From Trueperaceae bacterium (GTDB taxonomy: Bacteria; Deinococcota; Deinococci; Deinococcales; Trueperaceae): DNA of 64,000 nt. Position numbers and translations under genes: made by a program. Below the pieces are notes generated by a model. The model did not search any database. It was not told the origin of the DNA and saw only the letters and a list, made by a program, of their open reading frames with translations. The DNA is taken from the NCBI GenBank assembly GCA_965213705.1, contig OZ243913.1, positions 992,001-1,056,000 of the forward strand, written 5' to 3'. Below, one piece after another: positions 29,515 to 39,596 of this stretch. The first letter of the stretch is position 1. Each line of letters begins with the position of its first letter.

Positions 29515-30368
29515 GAGGGTGTTATGAACTCAATCGCTAAACTAAAGAATGACAAGGAAAGGTTATCCGAGTGATGTCGGCGATGAAGAATGGGCTTTTG
29601 TAGCACCGTACTTGAGCTTAATCAGAGAAGACGCCCCACAACGAAGTTATGACCTACGAGAGGTGTTTGATGCTTTGAGATGGATGGTTCGCTCAGGCTC
29701 ACCTTGGCGCTATTTACCTGGTGACTTCCCACCTTGGGAAGCGGTATATCAGCAAAGCCAAAGGTGGTTAAAAGCAGGCGTGTTCGAGGAGATGACCCAC
29801 GACCTACGAAGCCTGCTGAGACGGCTGAAAGGACGAGGAGAAAACCCAACAGCGACGGTGTTTGATGGACGCACCTTACAAAGTACGCCTGAGAGTGGCG
29901 AACGTGCGGGCTATGACGGACACAAGCGTAAGAAAGGCTCTAAAGTCCATCTGGCAGTCGATACCTTGGGTCTACTCTTAGCCCTTGTCGTTACACCTGC
30001 AAACGAACAAGAACGCCATCAGGTTGAAGCGCTTGCCGAGCAAGTTCAAACCATAACTGGAGAATCCGTCGAGGTTGCGTTTGTAGACCAGGGCTACACA
30101 GGTGACGACGCAGCCGAGGCGGCTAAAAGCCAAGGCATTCGGCTCTTCGTTGTTAAACACGAAGAAGCTAAGAAAGGCTTCGTTTTGCTACCCAGACGCT
30201 GGGTCGTAGAGCGTTCCTTTGCCTGGACATCCCGACTCAGGCGCTTAGCCCGTGACTATGAACGACTGCCTGAAACCCTTGCTGGGCTGCATTTCTTAGC
30301 TTTCTCTATGCTCATGCTTAAACGCTTAGCCCCTTTTTTAACTCTTCCGGCTAGTTCATAACACGCTC
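29515..30368 (+). mobile_element. IS5 family insertion sequence (~854 bp)
   Basis: Terminal IRs GAGGGTGTTATGAACT / AGTTCATAACACGCTC (1 mismatch), inserted at CTAG. Confidence 0.95.
29549..30361 (+). CDS. IS5 family transposase (single ORF)
   Basis: [46 protein letters not shown]. Confidence 0.95.
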   Translation: MTRKGYPSDVGDEEWAFVAPYLSLIREDAPQRSYDLREVFDALRWMVRSGSPWRYLPGDFPPWEAVYQQSQRWLKAGVFEEMTHDLRSLLRRLKGRGENPTATVFDGRTLQSTPESGERAGYDGHKRKKGSKVHLAVDTLGLLLALVVTPANEQERHQVEALAEQVQTITGESVEVAFVDQGYTGDDAAEAAKSQGIRLFVVKHEEAKKGFVLLPRRWVVERSFAWTSRLRRLARDYERLPETLAGLHFLAFSMLMLKRLAPFLTLPASS

Positions 30369-30725
30369 TAGGCTGAGAAGTGCTGTGTTGACAAGCAAAA
30401 GGATCATAAAAGAGATTAGGTCTATACCTCTGAGAAAGCCGAAAAGTAGGTGTGAATAAAACCAGGGGTTAGAGCCGTATTCTTGCCGAAAATAGCTCTC
30501 GATTCTCGGTCCTAGAAAGAACACGACGACACTCATGCCGAGAACGAGTAGAAAGCTCAAATCGCAGCCCGGTCGTTCTACGGGTGACCTCGACATGCGC
30601 TCATGATAGGTCGCGTCTTCTAAAAGTCGGTGAGGATTTTTCACGCTTTGTGCGGTAGTCGCGGGTACTCGTCAAAACGAAAGCGGACACCCAAAGTGTC
30701 CGCTTCGCTGAAGTTGGTCCAAGGG

Positions 30726-32306
30726 TTAGCGGTCGGGTTTGAACTCCTGGACGGCGCCGTCCGGTGTGACCACGCCGACGGGTGGCAAGAGGATTTCCCA
30801 AGACTCGTTGTCGACCCTTTGGGGGGTCAGCTCGGAGCTGCAGTTCGGTGAGCAACCGGGCAGGCTGTAGGCGTCGGCGGCGTTTTTGTTCACCCCGTAG
30901 CCCATGTCCTGCAGCGAGCCGATGGTCATGCGGCTCAGGGGCTCGGCGGCGGCCCCTTCGCTGTAGCCGGTCATGAGTTCCTGGTTGAAGGTGTTTTCGT
31001 CCCAGTGGCCGCAGCGGGTGCCGCCGCCGCCGTCCTGCTCGACCGGCACGTCGCCGCTGCCGCCTAAGGCGAGCCATTCCTGCCTCGCATTGCTGCCTGT
31101 GTAGCGCGGGTTCGCCGGGCAAGAGGCATTGTTGTAGTTCACCAACCCAAAGTTGTTCCACAGCGTGCCGATGCCGAGCACGTGGCCCATCTCGTGCAGG
31201 ATGGTCTCGAACAGGTCGGGTCCGCTCGAGTCCGCGCTGTCGAAGTTCATCACGCCGTAGGTGGTCAAGCCGCCGCTGCGCAGCAAACACGGCCCCGCCG
31301 AGGCGAGGATGCCGCCCGGCCCGTCGCGCGGCCCGACCTCGGCGTAAATCACCACGTCGTCCACCGTGCCGTTGTAGGAAGGTTCGTTCTGGCCGCACTG
31401 GTTGGCGGACTTGCTCAGGGGCGCGTTCGGCAAATCGCCCTGGATGACCGTTTCCCAGCGCGCGGCGGCGTCTTGGAACAGTTGCCGCTGGCCGGCGGTC
31501 ACGTTGGGGCCGAACACGAACTGGATGTTGAAGTTGCCCGACGGCGGCGGAGTGCCGCTGGTCGCATAGTCGCCCACCAGGCTCACCCCCGAGTAGGCGC
31601 TGTAGCCGCGAACCGTCACGTAATAGGTGCCCGTTTGCGGCGCGCTGAAGCTGCAGGTTTCGGTGTTGCCGTTCAGGTAAGGGCGGCAGTCGTAACTGCT
31701 CGTCGTCGGCGCGCTGCCGAATTTCACGTACAGGTCGGCGTCACCGCTGCCGCCCGACATGGCGAAGCTGAGGTTGCTGACCCCACCGGGCACGACAAAC
31801 GTGAACGTTTTCTGGCTGCCGGTCGCGCCGGACAAGCCGGTTACGGGCGTGCCTTTTTGCAACTCCGTGTTCCCGCCGCCGCTGCCGCCCGTGTAGGTGC
31901 CGACGAGTTGCACGCCGGAGTAAGCGCTGTAGCCGCGAACCATCACGTAGTAAGTCCCCGCTTGTGGCGTGCTGAACGAACAACCTTCGGTGTTCCCGTT
32001 TTTGTAGGGACGACAGTCGTAGCTGCTGGTTGTCGGGTTGCCGCCGAACCTGACATACAGGTCGGCGTCGCCGCTGCCGCCGGACATGTTGAACTGCAAG
32101 TTCGTGGCACCGCTCGGCACGTTCAGGCTGAAGTAGGTTACGCTCGAGCGCCCCCCCGATAGCCCCGTGACCGGCACGCCGTTTTGTAGCGGGGCGGTCG
32201 CGTCCGCCAAGGCTTCGTTGATACTCTCCGGGGCCGTCTCGGTATTACACGCCCCCAGACCGGCCACAAGCACGACAAAAACAAACCACCGTAAAGCTTG
32301 TTTCAT
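30726..32306 (-). CDS. lipoprotein with two PPC domains and a leishmanolysin (M8)-like metalloprotease
   Basis: Lipobox LGAC; GGSGDADLYV...YDCRPY twice; HEMGH, GHW, ELMT. Confidence 0.88.
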   Translation of the reverse strand: MKQALRWFVFVVLVAGLGACNTETAPESINEALADATAPLQNGVPVTGLSGGRSSVTYFSLNVPSGATNLQFNMSGGSGDADLYVRFGGNPTTSSYDCRPYKNGNTEGCSFSTPQAGTYYVMVRGYSAYSGVQLVGTYTGGSGGGNTELQKGTPVTGLSGATGSQKTFTFVVPGGVSNLSFAMSGGSGDADLYVKFGSAPTTSSYDCRPYLNGNTETCSFSAPQTGTYYVTVRGYSAYSGVSLVGDYATSGTPPPSGNFNIQFVFGPNVTAGQRQLFQDAAARWETVIQGDLPNAPLSKSANQCGQNEPSYNGTVDDVVIYAEVGPRDGPGGILASAGPCLLRSGGLTTYGVMNFDSADSSGPDLFETILHEMGHVLGIGTLWNNFGLVNYNNASCPANPRYTGSNARQEWLALGGSGDVPVEQDGGGGTRCGHWDENTFNQELMTGYSEGAAAEPLSRMTIGSLQDMGYGVNKNAADAYSLPGCSPNCSSELTPQRVDNESWEILLPPVGVVTPDGAVQEFKPDR

Positions 32307-32561
32307 GTTGCCTCTCTCACGCTGTGAAATGCGGGTTTGCCCAGTCAAACCCTGCCCTCGCCCCGACCCGTTTCCTCCCCACCCGTGGGTCATGTTTGGT
32401 TTGAGGATGATTAAAAATACGCCTTCAGGGTGAAAAAGGCTAGTAAAAAAGTAGGCAAAGACGTGAACTTGTCTGGAACTACAAGCGGAGTGACATTCTT
32501 CACGGCAGCACGCCTGGCCCCAAGGCCGCCTCGTCGTGGTTTGAACTATAGTCTTAAAGCG

Positions 32562-33179
32562 CTACAGGAACGGCTTTACGGCCGTAAACACGTCGTCGGG
32601 TGAGGTGACGAGGACGGCCTGCATTGCGAGCGCTCGAGCCGCCGTTACGTTCGCCTCCGTGTCGTCGAAAAACAAGATGTTCTCGAGCCCCACGCCCATT
32701 TCCGCAGCCACGTGTTCAAAAGCCTCTCGCTCCGGCTTGCGCTTGCCCATGTCGGAGGAAACAAAGACGCGCTCGAACACGGCCAGGGCGCTCGCGTACC
32801 GCTCCGACCAAAACAGCTTGTGGACGGCGTTCGTGTTGCTGAACGCGTACAGGGGAATTCTGCCGTGCAGACGTTTCAGCAGAGCGACGGTTTCGGGAAT
32901 TTCGCCCAGAAAAATAGCGTTCCAGCCTTCTTCGAACTGCTCGTCCGACAGCGTGACGCCGAAGGCGGTGCGGAGCGAGTCGTAGTACGCCGCAGCCTCT
33001 ATTTCCCCGCGCTCGTGTTGTTCGTACGCTTCGTCGGGCGTAAAGCGCGTTTTGAGCGTGTCCGAACCTACACCGGAATGGTAGCTCCAGCGCTCGAGGG
33101 CTTTGTCAAAACTGATGTCGAGAACGACGCCGCCCAAGTCGAAGAGCAGGGCTTTGACGGTATGGGTCACTGTGTTCAT
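32562..33179 (-). CDS. HAD family phosphatase (YihX-like)
   Basis: FDLGGV, SNTN, RKPE, FFDD. Confidence 0.92.
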   Translation of the reverse strand: MNTVTHTVKALLFDLGGVVLDISFDKALERWSYHSGVGSDTLKTRFTPDEAYEQHERGEIEAAAYYDSLRTAFGVTLSDEQFEEGWNAIFLGEIPETVALLKRLHGRIPLYAFSNTNAVHKLFWSERYASALAVFERVFVSSDMGKRKPEREAFEHVAAEMGVGLENILFFDDTEANVTAARALAMQAVLVTSPDDVFTAVKPFL

Positions 33180-33218
33180 CAGCCGTATCGTAACAGGGAA
33201 GGGTTCAGCGGACGGCGT

Positions 33219-33857
33219 TCACGCCAGCACGATTTCGACACGCTCTTTGTTGCTGCCGACGTTTTTGCGCTTGAGGTTGACAGCGCCGACCTCACCCGTC
33301 GTTTTCAAGTGCGTGCCGCCGCAAGGGACTTCCGCAAAGCCTTCGACGCGCCAGTAACGCCGTTGCGTCGCCACGTCGCTAAAGTCACTCACGACGCTGC
33401 GGTTCGCCGCGATGAGGTCGTGGGCGGCTTGTTGAAGTTCAGGTAAAAGAGGCGTGAGGTTTTCAGGCCACAAAAAGTCAATCCGCGCCTTGTCTTCGGC
33501 GATGTGCGCGCCGATTTTCTCCGCGCCCGGCAACTTTCGAGTGACCAGCTCGAGCACGATTTCCGCCGCGAAGTGAAGGCGCATGAGCTCAAAACGGCGT
33601 TGCCCGTCGATTTCGACCAGCACCTCGTCGCCTGCGTTCAAACCGTGGCCGGGCTCGAGGGTGTAGACAAGCTCAAGGCCGTCTTTGCGAGCAGCGACGA
33701 CCGTCTGACCGCCTATCGTGCCGGTGTCGCTTTCTTGACCCCCGGAAAAGGCGTAGAAGATGGTTGCCTCGAGAGTAACGTCGTCTCCGTTGACCGTTGC
33801 AATGTGTGTTTCCAACTGAGTCGCGTAAGGGTTTTCCCAAAAGAGTTTTCTGACCAT
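33219..33857 (-). CDS. AlaX alanyl-tRNA editing protein
   Basis: FYAFSGGQESDTG, MRLHFAAE, PCGGTH. Confidence 0.9.
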   Translation of the reverse strand: MVRKLFWENPYATQLETHIATVNGDDVTLEATIFYAFSGGQESDTGTIGGQTVVAARKDGLELVYTLEPGHGLNAGDEVLVEIDGQRRFELMRLHFAAEIVLELVTRKLPGAEKIGAHIAEDKARIDFLWPENLTPLLPELQQAAHDLIAANRSVVSDFSDVATQRRYWRVEGFAEVPCGGTHLKTTGEVGAVNLKRKNVGSNKERVEIVLA

Positions 33858-33883
33858 AAATACCTTGCCTCAACCTAATAAGG

Positions 33884-34120
33884 TCACGCGGTAAGGACAG
33901 GATGGTCTAATCTGCGTGACGCGAACATGAGAGCGGCGGTGATGTCCTCAGGCTCCAGGTCGGGCAGCTCCTCGAGGATTTGCTCGTGAGACAAGCCGGC
34001 GGCGAGTAGGTCGAGCACGTCAGTTACGCGAATACGCATACCTCTGATACAGGGCCGTCCGCCGCACTGTTCAGGATTGACCGTGATTCGCCCCAATAGC
34101 TGACCCGCACTTTTGCTCAT
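33884..34120 (-). CDS. DUF433 antitoxin-like protein (orphan)
   Basis: RITVNPEQCGGRPCIRGMRIRV.DVL. Confidence 0.92.
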   Translation of the reverse strand: MSKSAGQLLGRITVNPEQCGGRPCIRGMRIRVTDVLDLLAAGLSHEQILEELPDLEPEDITAALMFASRRLDHPVLTA

Positions 34121-34195
34121 GAAAGTATTTTATTCGTTCCGTTTTGAGAACACAAGAATGAAGTTGGAGCCAGAGTTTATGCCAGCGCCCTCACC

Positions 34196-35002
34196 TTACA
34201 TTTTGCTCTTGAGGTAGTTGATAAACGAAGTGCAAGAAAGTAAGAAGAATTTTGCATCAGCGGCATCGAGGTTGGGTTCCTCGAGCATCGCGTGACGAAT
34301 TCCGCCTTCATTGCTGGTGTAGCCGTAAATTTTGGAAAAACCCTCTTTGAGAGCAGAGTGTAACTTGGATTCACGCTCGAGTGCTTTTAGTGCGTCGCCA
34401 AGACTTGCTTTAGGCTTGCTGCTGACGATTTGAGCCATGCTTTCAACTGCGGAAATGGATTCCTTAATTGAGTTTCTATAATCTGGGGCTTCGCGGTTGC
34501 TCAGAAGCCGAAGGGCTGCCTGAAGGTGCGCTCTAACTCCTGGAAAGTCTTTATTTTCTATTGCTTCTTCGAGAAGGGTAATTTCCGCCTCGTCAGCGAT
34601 GTCTGTAAACATACCTCCGATGTACCTGTATCCAGCAAGCTCTCGCTCTAAAACCGTATTGATGTTGGAGACCAAGACATGAATTGTAAGATAGTTCAGC
34701 GTCCATTCGAGAAAGTCATAAACCTCAAACCACTCATACTCAAAGTAGTATTGACGAATAGCCTCTACGATTCGGATTGGGTTGTCAGGACGTGTGTCAA
34801 ACGTCTTTTTGAAAAATCTAAACCAAAGTTCCGTGCTGAAGTCTTGGATGTTTGGCTCGTAATTACCCCAGAGAAACTCACCATCCTTCCAAAGGAATAA
34901 ATCCAAAACGTTCCAGAGGGAGTTACGAAGTTCATCGCTCATTCCCTCCTTCTGAATAAGGTCAGCCACAGGTTTGTAACCTTTGCGTTCGCTAAACTTC
35001 AC
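34196..35002 (-). CDS. AbiJ-related protein (AbiJ N-terminal-type domain plus HEPN-like C-terminus)
   Basis: FSERKGY...LRNSLWN, WFEVYDFLE, DYRNSIKESISAVE, GIRH; AT-rich. Confidence 0.7.
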   Translation of the reverse strand: MKFSERKGYKPVADLIQKEGMSDELRNSLWNVLDLFLWKDGEFLWGNYEPNIQDFSTELWFRFFKKTFDTRPDNPIRIVEAIRQYYFEYEWFEVYDFLEWTLNYLTIHVLVSNINTVLERELAGYRYIGGMFTDIADEAEITLLEEAIENKDFPGVRAHLQAALRLLSNREAPDYRNSIKESISAVESMAQIVSSKPKASLGDALKALERESKLHSALKEGFSKIYGYTSNEGGIRHAMLEEPNLDAADAKFFLLSCTSFINYLKSKM

Positions 35003-35042
35003 AGCTGCTTTTCGTCCTTTTGCTGAATTTAAGTTTTCAACC

Positions 35043-36848
35043 TCAGGCCAGCACCTTCGCCGCCCGCTCGCGCTGGTTGGGCTCCAAGATGCTCTTGCGC
35101 AGCCGAATGTTCTTGGGCGTCACCTCGACGAGTTCGTCGGCGGCGATGTACTCCAAAGCTTCCTCGAGCGTCAGTTTCTTCACCGGAATCAGCGAGGTGT
35201 TCTCGTCTTTGAGTTTCACGCGGACAGCGGTGAGCTTTTTGTTCTTGGTGACGTTGATGTTGAGGTCTTGCGGTTTGGCGTTCGCGCCCAAAATCATGCC
35301 CACGTACACGTCGGTGCCGGGTTCGATGAAAAAGATGCCGCGGTCTTGCAGTTTGTTGAGGCTGTAAGCGTAAGCCTCGCCCGCCTCCATCGACACGAGC
35401 GAGCCGCCCTGCCGGGTTTTCATCTCGCCCGCGTAGGGTTCGTAGCCGTCGAAGGTGTGGTTGAGGAGACCTTCGCCCTGCGTCATCGACAGGAAGCTCG
35501 TGCGGTAGCCGAACAGCGAACGGCTGGGGATGGAGAACTCGAGTCTCGCCCGCCCGGTTTCGTCCTGGGCCATGTTGACGAGGTCGCCTTTACGGCTCGC
35601 CAGGGACTCCATGACCGCGCCCATCGAGGCGGTCGGCACGTCGGCGATGACGTGTTCGAAGGGCTCGTACTGGACGCCGTCGATTTCTTTCATGATGACT
35701 TCGGGCCTCGACACACTCAACTCGTAGCCCTCACGGCGCATTTGCTCGATGAGGATGGACAGGTGCAGTTCGCCCCGGCCGGACACGCGAAAGCTCTCGC
35801 CGCCCAGGTCTTCGACCCGCAGCGCGACGTTGGTGAGGAGTTCGCGGTCTAAGCGCTCTTTGAGGTGGCGCGAGGTGACGTACTTGCCCTCGAGGCCCGC
35901 GAAGGGACTCGTGTTCGGGCTGAAGGTGACGCTGACGGTGGGTTCGTCGACCTTTTGCACCGGCAGCGCCTCGGGGCGGGCGGGGTCGGTGAGGGTGTCG
36001 CCGATTTGCACGTTTTCCAGGCCCGACAGCGCGACGATGTCGCCCGCGGAAATCTCCTCGACCTCGACCTGTTGCAGGCCGTAGTAGGTGAAGATTTTGG
36101 TGACGCGCGCCTGTTGCAAGGTGCCGTCGCGCCGGATGCGCGTCATCATTTCGCCCTTTTTGGCGCGGCCCCGCACTACGCGGCCGACGGCGATGCGGCC
36201 CATGTAGTCCGAGTAGTCGAGGTTGGCGACCTGCAGTTGGAAGGGTGCGTCTAAGTCGACTTTCGCGGCGGGGATGTGGCTCAGGATGGTTTCGAACAGC
36301 GGCTCCAGGGTGTCGCCGGGTTGGTCAAGCTCGAGCCACGCCTTGCCCTCGCGCGCCACGGCGTAGACGATGGGAAAGTCCAACTGCTCGTCCGAGGCTC
36401 CTAAGTCGACCATCAGGTCGAAGGTGAGGTCGACGACCTCGTCGGGGCGGGCGTCCTTGCGGTCGATTTTGTTGATGACGACGACGGGCTTCAGGCCTAA
36501 AGCCAGCGCTTTTTTGAGCACGAAGCGGGTTTGCGGCATCGGGCCTTCGGCGGCGTCGACAAGCAGCAGCACGCCGTCGACCATCCCCAGCGCCCGCTCG
36601 ACCTCGCCCCCGAAGTCGGCGTGGCCGGGCGTATCGACAATGTTGATTTTGACGTTTTCCCACTCGACGGCGGTGTTTTTCGCCAAAATCGTGATGCCGC
36701 GCTCGCGCTCTAGGTCGTTCGAGTCCATCACGCGCTCCGCGACCGTTTGGTTGTCGCGGAAGATGTGCGACTGCCTAAGCAGTCCGTCTACGAGCGTGGT
36801 TTTGCCGTGGTCGACGTGCGCGACGATGGCGATGTTTCTATAAGTCAT
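35043..36848 (-). CDS. typA: translational GTPase TypA/BipA
   Basis: [43 protein letters not shown]. Confidence 0.97.
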   Translation of the reverse strand: MTYRNIAIVAHVDHGKTTLVDGLLRQSHIFRDNQTVAERVMDSNDLERERGITILAKNTAVEWENVKINIVDTPGHADFGGEVERALGMVDGVLLLVDAAEGPMPQTRFVLKKALALGLKPVVVINKIDRKDARPDEVVDLTFDLMVDLGASDEQLDFPIVYAVAREGKAWLELDQPGDTLEPLFETILSHIPAAKVDLDAPFQLQVANLDYSDYMGRIAVGRVVRGRAKKGEMMTRIRRDGTLQQARVTKIFTYYGLQQVEVEEISAGDIVALSGLENVQIGDTLTDPARPEALPVQKVDEPTVSVTFSPNTSPFAGLEGKYVTSRHLKERLDRELLTNVALRVEDLGGESFRVSGRGELHLSILIEQMRREGYELSVSRPEVIMKEIDGVQYEPFEHVIADVPTASMGAVMESLASRKGDLVNMAQDETGRARLEFSIPSRSLFGYRTSFLSMTQGEGLLNHTFDGYEPYAGEMKTRQGGSLVSMEAGEAYAYSLNKLQDRGIFFIEPGTDVYVGMILGANAKPQDLNINVTKNKKLTAVRVKLKDENTSLIPVKKLTLEEALEYIAADELVEVTPKNIRLRKSILEPNQRERAAKVLA

Positions 36849-37021
36849 AATTTCTCGATTCTCTGGGGTCGTGGAACGGCCGCCCGCAAAGGGCACCAAA
36901 GCCCCAGTATACACGCTTTCGAACGTTTCGTCCCGGCAGCGCGAAACGTATGAAAAATGACTCTCGAGTCCACCTACTTGTCGCGCTCTCTTTTTCAAGG
37001 GCGACCCGCTATACTCGAGCC

Positions 37022-37762
37022 GTGCGCGTCGTCAAACCTTTCAGCTTGCTGTCGAAAGTCTACGACGCCATCATGGACGACGTCGACTACGAAGACTGGG
37101 CGGACTTTATCCTGGAAACCGTCACGGCGCGGGGCTGGCGTCCGGGCGCGGTGCTCGACTTGGGCTGCGGCACCGGCAACGCGACGTTTCCGCTGGTCGC
37201 GCGGGGTTTGAAGGTAACCGGGCTGGACGCGTCCGCCGAGATGCTGGCCGTTGCGCGCGAAAAACTGCCGGGCGTGACCTTTGTTCAGGCCGACTTTACG
37301 AGCTTTGTGCTGCCGACGAGGTTCAGCCTCGTCTGTTCGGTGTTCGACTCGCTCAACAACTTGCTGACGCCGGAAGCGTTCTCGAGCATGGCGCGTTCGG
37401 TTTACGCTCACTTGCGACCGGGCGGCTTTTTTATGTTCGACGTCAACACGCCCACCGGCCTGCGCGACCTGTGGGAGTCGGGTCGCGCCGAGGGCTGGGC
37501 GGGCGAGGTGTACTACCGCTGGGCCCACAGTTTTGACGAGGCGACCGGTCTAGCCAAGGTCGAGGCCTACTGCGAGACCGAGCAAACCTCGTTTACCGAG
37601 GTTCACTTCGAACGCGGCTACGACCTGACGGAGTTGCGCACCCTGCTTGCCGAGGCGGGCTTCGTCAACGTCGAAGGCCTCAGCTACCCGGACGGCGCGC
37701 CCGCCTGGCCCGACGACCCGCGGCTGTGGGTGGTGGCGCAAAAACCTTCAGCCCCCGTCTAA
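37022..37762 (+). CDS. class I SAM-dependent methyltransferase
   Basis: [18 protein letters not shown]; leaderless TATACT-N6-GTG. Confidence 0.9.
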   Translation: MRVVKPFSLLSKVYDAIMDDVDYEDWADFILETVTARGWRPGAVLDLGCGTGNATFPLVARGLKVTGLDASAEMLAVAREKLPGVTFVQADFTSFVLPTRFSLVCSVFDSLNNLLTPEAFSSMARSVYAHLRPGGFFMFDVNTPTGLRDLWESGRAEGWAGEVYYRWAHSFDEATGLAKVEAYCETEQTSFTEVHFERGYDLTELRTLLAEAGFVNVEGLSYPDGAPAWPDDPRLWVVAQKPSAPV

Positions 37763-37845
37763 CCCCGCGCCCTCGCGCACCGCTCGAGCGGTGCGCGACA
37801 CGTCCTCGTCACCGAAACCGCGCCCCACCGGGCCGGTCTCGCAGA
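37748..37845 (-). pseudogene. diverged duplicate of the 3' end of the dehydrogenase gene 38594-39472
   Basis: Encodes [30 protein letters not shown] versus [29 protein letters not shown]. Confidence 0.9.
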
Positions 37846-37848
37846 CCT

Positions 37849-38262
37849 TTATGTCGAACTGGACAGCGCAAGCGTTCGCACCGCCGGGTCGTTCCAGGTG
37901 TAGTAACTCGCGGTCGTCAAGGTAAGCCGAGCAACTTTTCCCATCCGACTAGCTTTCGTACGAAATTCCGGGTGCCGGAAGAGTCGCCGCAAAAGAAGTG
38001 GAATGCTGTCTGCTTGGGTGTCGGGTAGAGCGACACAGACGAGGCAAAAGTTCGGACCTAGAGAAACTTTCTGCCAAAAGTCACTGGCGTTGATGGTGAC
38101 GAAGGTAGCTCGGCGTTGCTGCTGCAACAGAGTCGGAACGGTGTCGTCTTTGATGACGGTGCCGGGTCGCAAGTCGGTGATGAACAAAATATTTCCGCGG
38201 TACCAGGCCGCGATGGCCGTATCCAAACCCCGCCCGAGGAGCTGCTCGTCGAGCACAATCAT
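37849..38262 (-). CDS. PIN-like (DUF5615/VapC45-type) putative toxin
   Basis: MIVLDEQL...IKDD...FVTIN..DF; directly follows DUF433. Confidence 0.7.
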   Translation of the reverse strand: MIVLDEQLLGRGLDTAIAAWYRGNILFITDLRPGTVIKDDTVPTLLQQQRRATFVTINASDFWQKVSLGPNFCLVCVALPDTQADSIPLLLRRLFRHPEFRTKASRMGKVARLTLTTASYYTWNDPAVRTLALSSST

Positions 38263-38544
38263 TCAAGCGGCAAAGTCGGGCAGGGTATCGAGGAACTGCG
38301 CCATGACGACTTGACTAGCCTCGAGAATCGCCTCACGCGGCAGCCGTTCCCCGTAGCCTGCGACAACCTCGTCCACCGTTTCACCCATCGCCAAACGCTG
38401 CAGCGTTCCCGTGATTTCGATGCGCGTGTACTTGAAGGTGGGTCGCCCACCGCACACGCCCGGCGCGCGCACGACGTACTTGCCGAGCGGGTAATAGCTG
38501 TAAGGCTCCCCGCCGACGAGTTCGGTGACAAGGTCTTCACTCAC
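38263..38544 (-). CDS. DUF433 antitoxin-like protein
   Basis: PGVCGGRPTFKYTRI...G.T..EV. Confidence 0.88.
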   Translation of the reverse strand: MSEDLVTELVGGEPYSYYPLGKYVVRAPGVCGGRPTFKYTRIEITGTLQRLAMGETVDEVVAGYGERLPREAILEASQVVMAQFLDTLPDFAA

Positions 38545-38593
38545 GGCTTTTCCAGTTTAAGCTATTTGAAAGTTTGGAGAGTCTTACGAGCTG

Positions 38594-39472
38594 CTAGTCT
38601 TCCAACCCCGCCCCTTCGCGCACCGCTCGAGCTATGTTCGACACGTCCTCGTCGCCGAAACCGCGTTTGACGAGGCCGGTTTCTATCTGCGCCACGTAAG
38701 CCGTCACCGGGACGGGTACGCCTAAGTCTCGAGCGGTCTCTAAGGCAATCCCCAAGTCCTTGAGGTGCAACCTAGTACGAAAACCGAGCGGGTAGCGGTT
38801 CTCAATCATGTTCTGCGCGCGGTTGCTGAGCACCCACGAGCCCGCCGCGCCGCCGCTCAGCGCCCGGTGCGCCGCCTCTAAGTCAATCCCTGCCGCGAGC
38901 CCCATCGCCATGCCCTCGGCGACGGCGGCGTAAGTGCCGGCGATGATGGTCTGGTTGACGGCCTTGGTCACCTGCCCGCTGCCGACGGGTCCGACGAGGG
39001 TGACGGTTTTGCCCATCGCCTCGAGCACCGGCTTCATGCGCTCGAATACCTCCGGCTCGCCGCCGACCATGATGCTTAAAGTCCCCTTCTCCGCGCCCTC
39101 GCTGCCGCCCGAGACGGGCGCGTCGAGCATGGCGACGCCTCGTTCGGCGAGCTTTGCGGCGATTTTCCGCGTGACGCTCGGGCTGATGGTGCTCACGTCG
39201 ATGAGGACGCTGCCCTCTTTCAAACCGTGAACCGTGCCGTCGTCCCCCAACACGACCGCCTCCACGTCGGGCGTGTCGCTGACGTTGGTAATGACCACGT
39301 CCGCGCCCGCGGCGGCCTCGCGTGGACTCGCCGCCCGCGTTGCGCCCGCCGCCGCAAGCGCCTCTTCTTTGTCCCTGGTGCGGTTGTGAACCGTCAGTTC
39401 GAAACCTGCTCGAAGTAAGTTTTTCGCCATCGGCGCGCCCATCGTGCCTAAGCCGATAAAGCCGATTTTCAT
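38594..39472 (-). CDS. NAD(P)-dependent beta-hydroxyacid dehydrogenase (3-hydroxyisobutyrate DH/GarR family)
   Basis: IGFIGLGTMG, DAPVSGG, K..NQ, KDL. Confidence 0.93.
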   Translation of the reverse strand: MKIGFIGLGTMGAPMAKNLLRAGFELTVHNRTRDKEEALAAAGATRAASPREAAAGADVVITNVSDTPDVEAVVLGDDGTVHGLKEGSVLIDVSTISPSVTRKIAAKLAERGVAMLDAPVSGGSEGAEKGTLSIMVGGEPEVFERMKPVLEAMGKTVTLVGPVGSGQVTKAVNQTIIAGTYAAVAEGMAMGLAAGIDLEAAHRALSGGAAGSWVLSNRAQNMIENRYPLGFRTRLHLKDLGIALETARDLGVPVPVTAYVAQIETGLVKRGFGDEDVSNIARAVREGAGLED

Positions 39473-39596
39473 GGTGCCTCCTGAAAGGGAGTTTAACCCG
39501 AGTCAACTCACTTTTCGACCGCTACTTTGCACCTTGGCGCGCAGTCTTTTTGGTCGACTTCTTCTATGCTGAAAAACGTTGAAAGGAAGGTTTTTC

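Larger units (their letters stand above)
29207..30596 (-). pseudogene. membrane protein gene interrupted by IS5
   Basis: Removing the IS and one CTAG restores the frame ...VNTALLSL-ANLLIPIQVK... Confidence 0.85.

Noticed and set aside
31560..32200. DNA-level repeats in the protease gene, and in the VWA gene at 43370-44160
   Set aside because: Explained by tandem protein domains; no reverse transcriptase or adenine-specific variation to suggest a DGR.
32307..32560. Possible riboswitch in the protease leader
   Set aside because: Only a short hairpin (GGGTTTG/CAAACCC); no aptamer consensus recognised.
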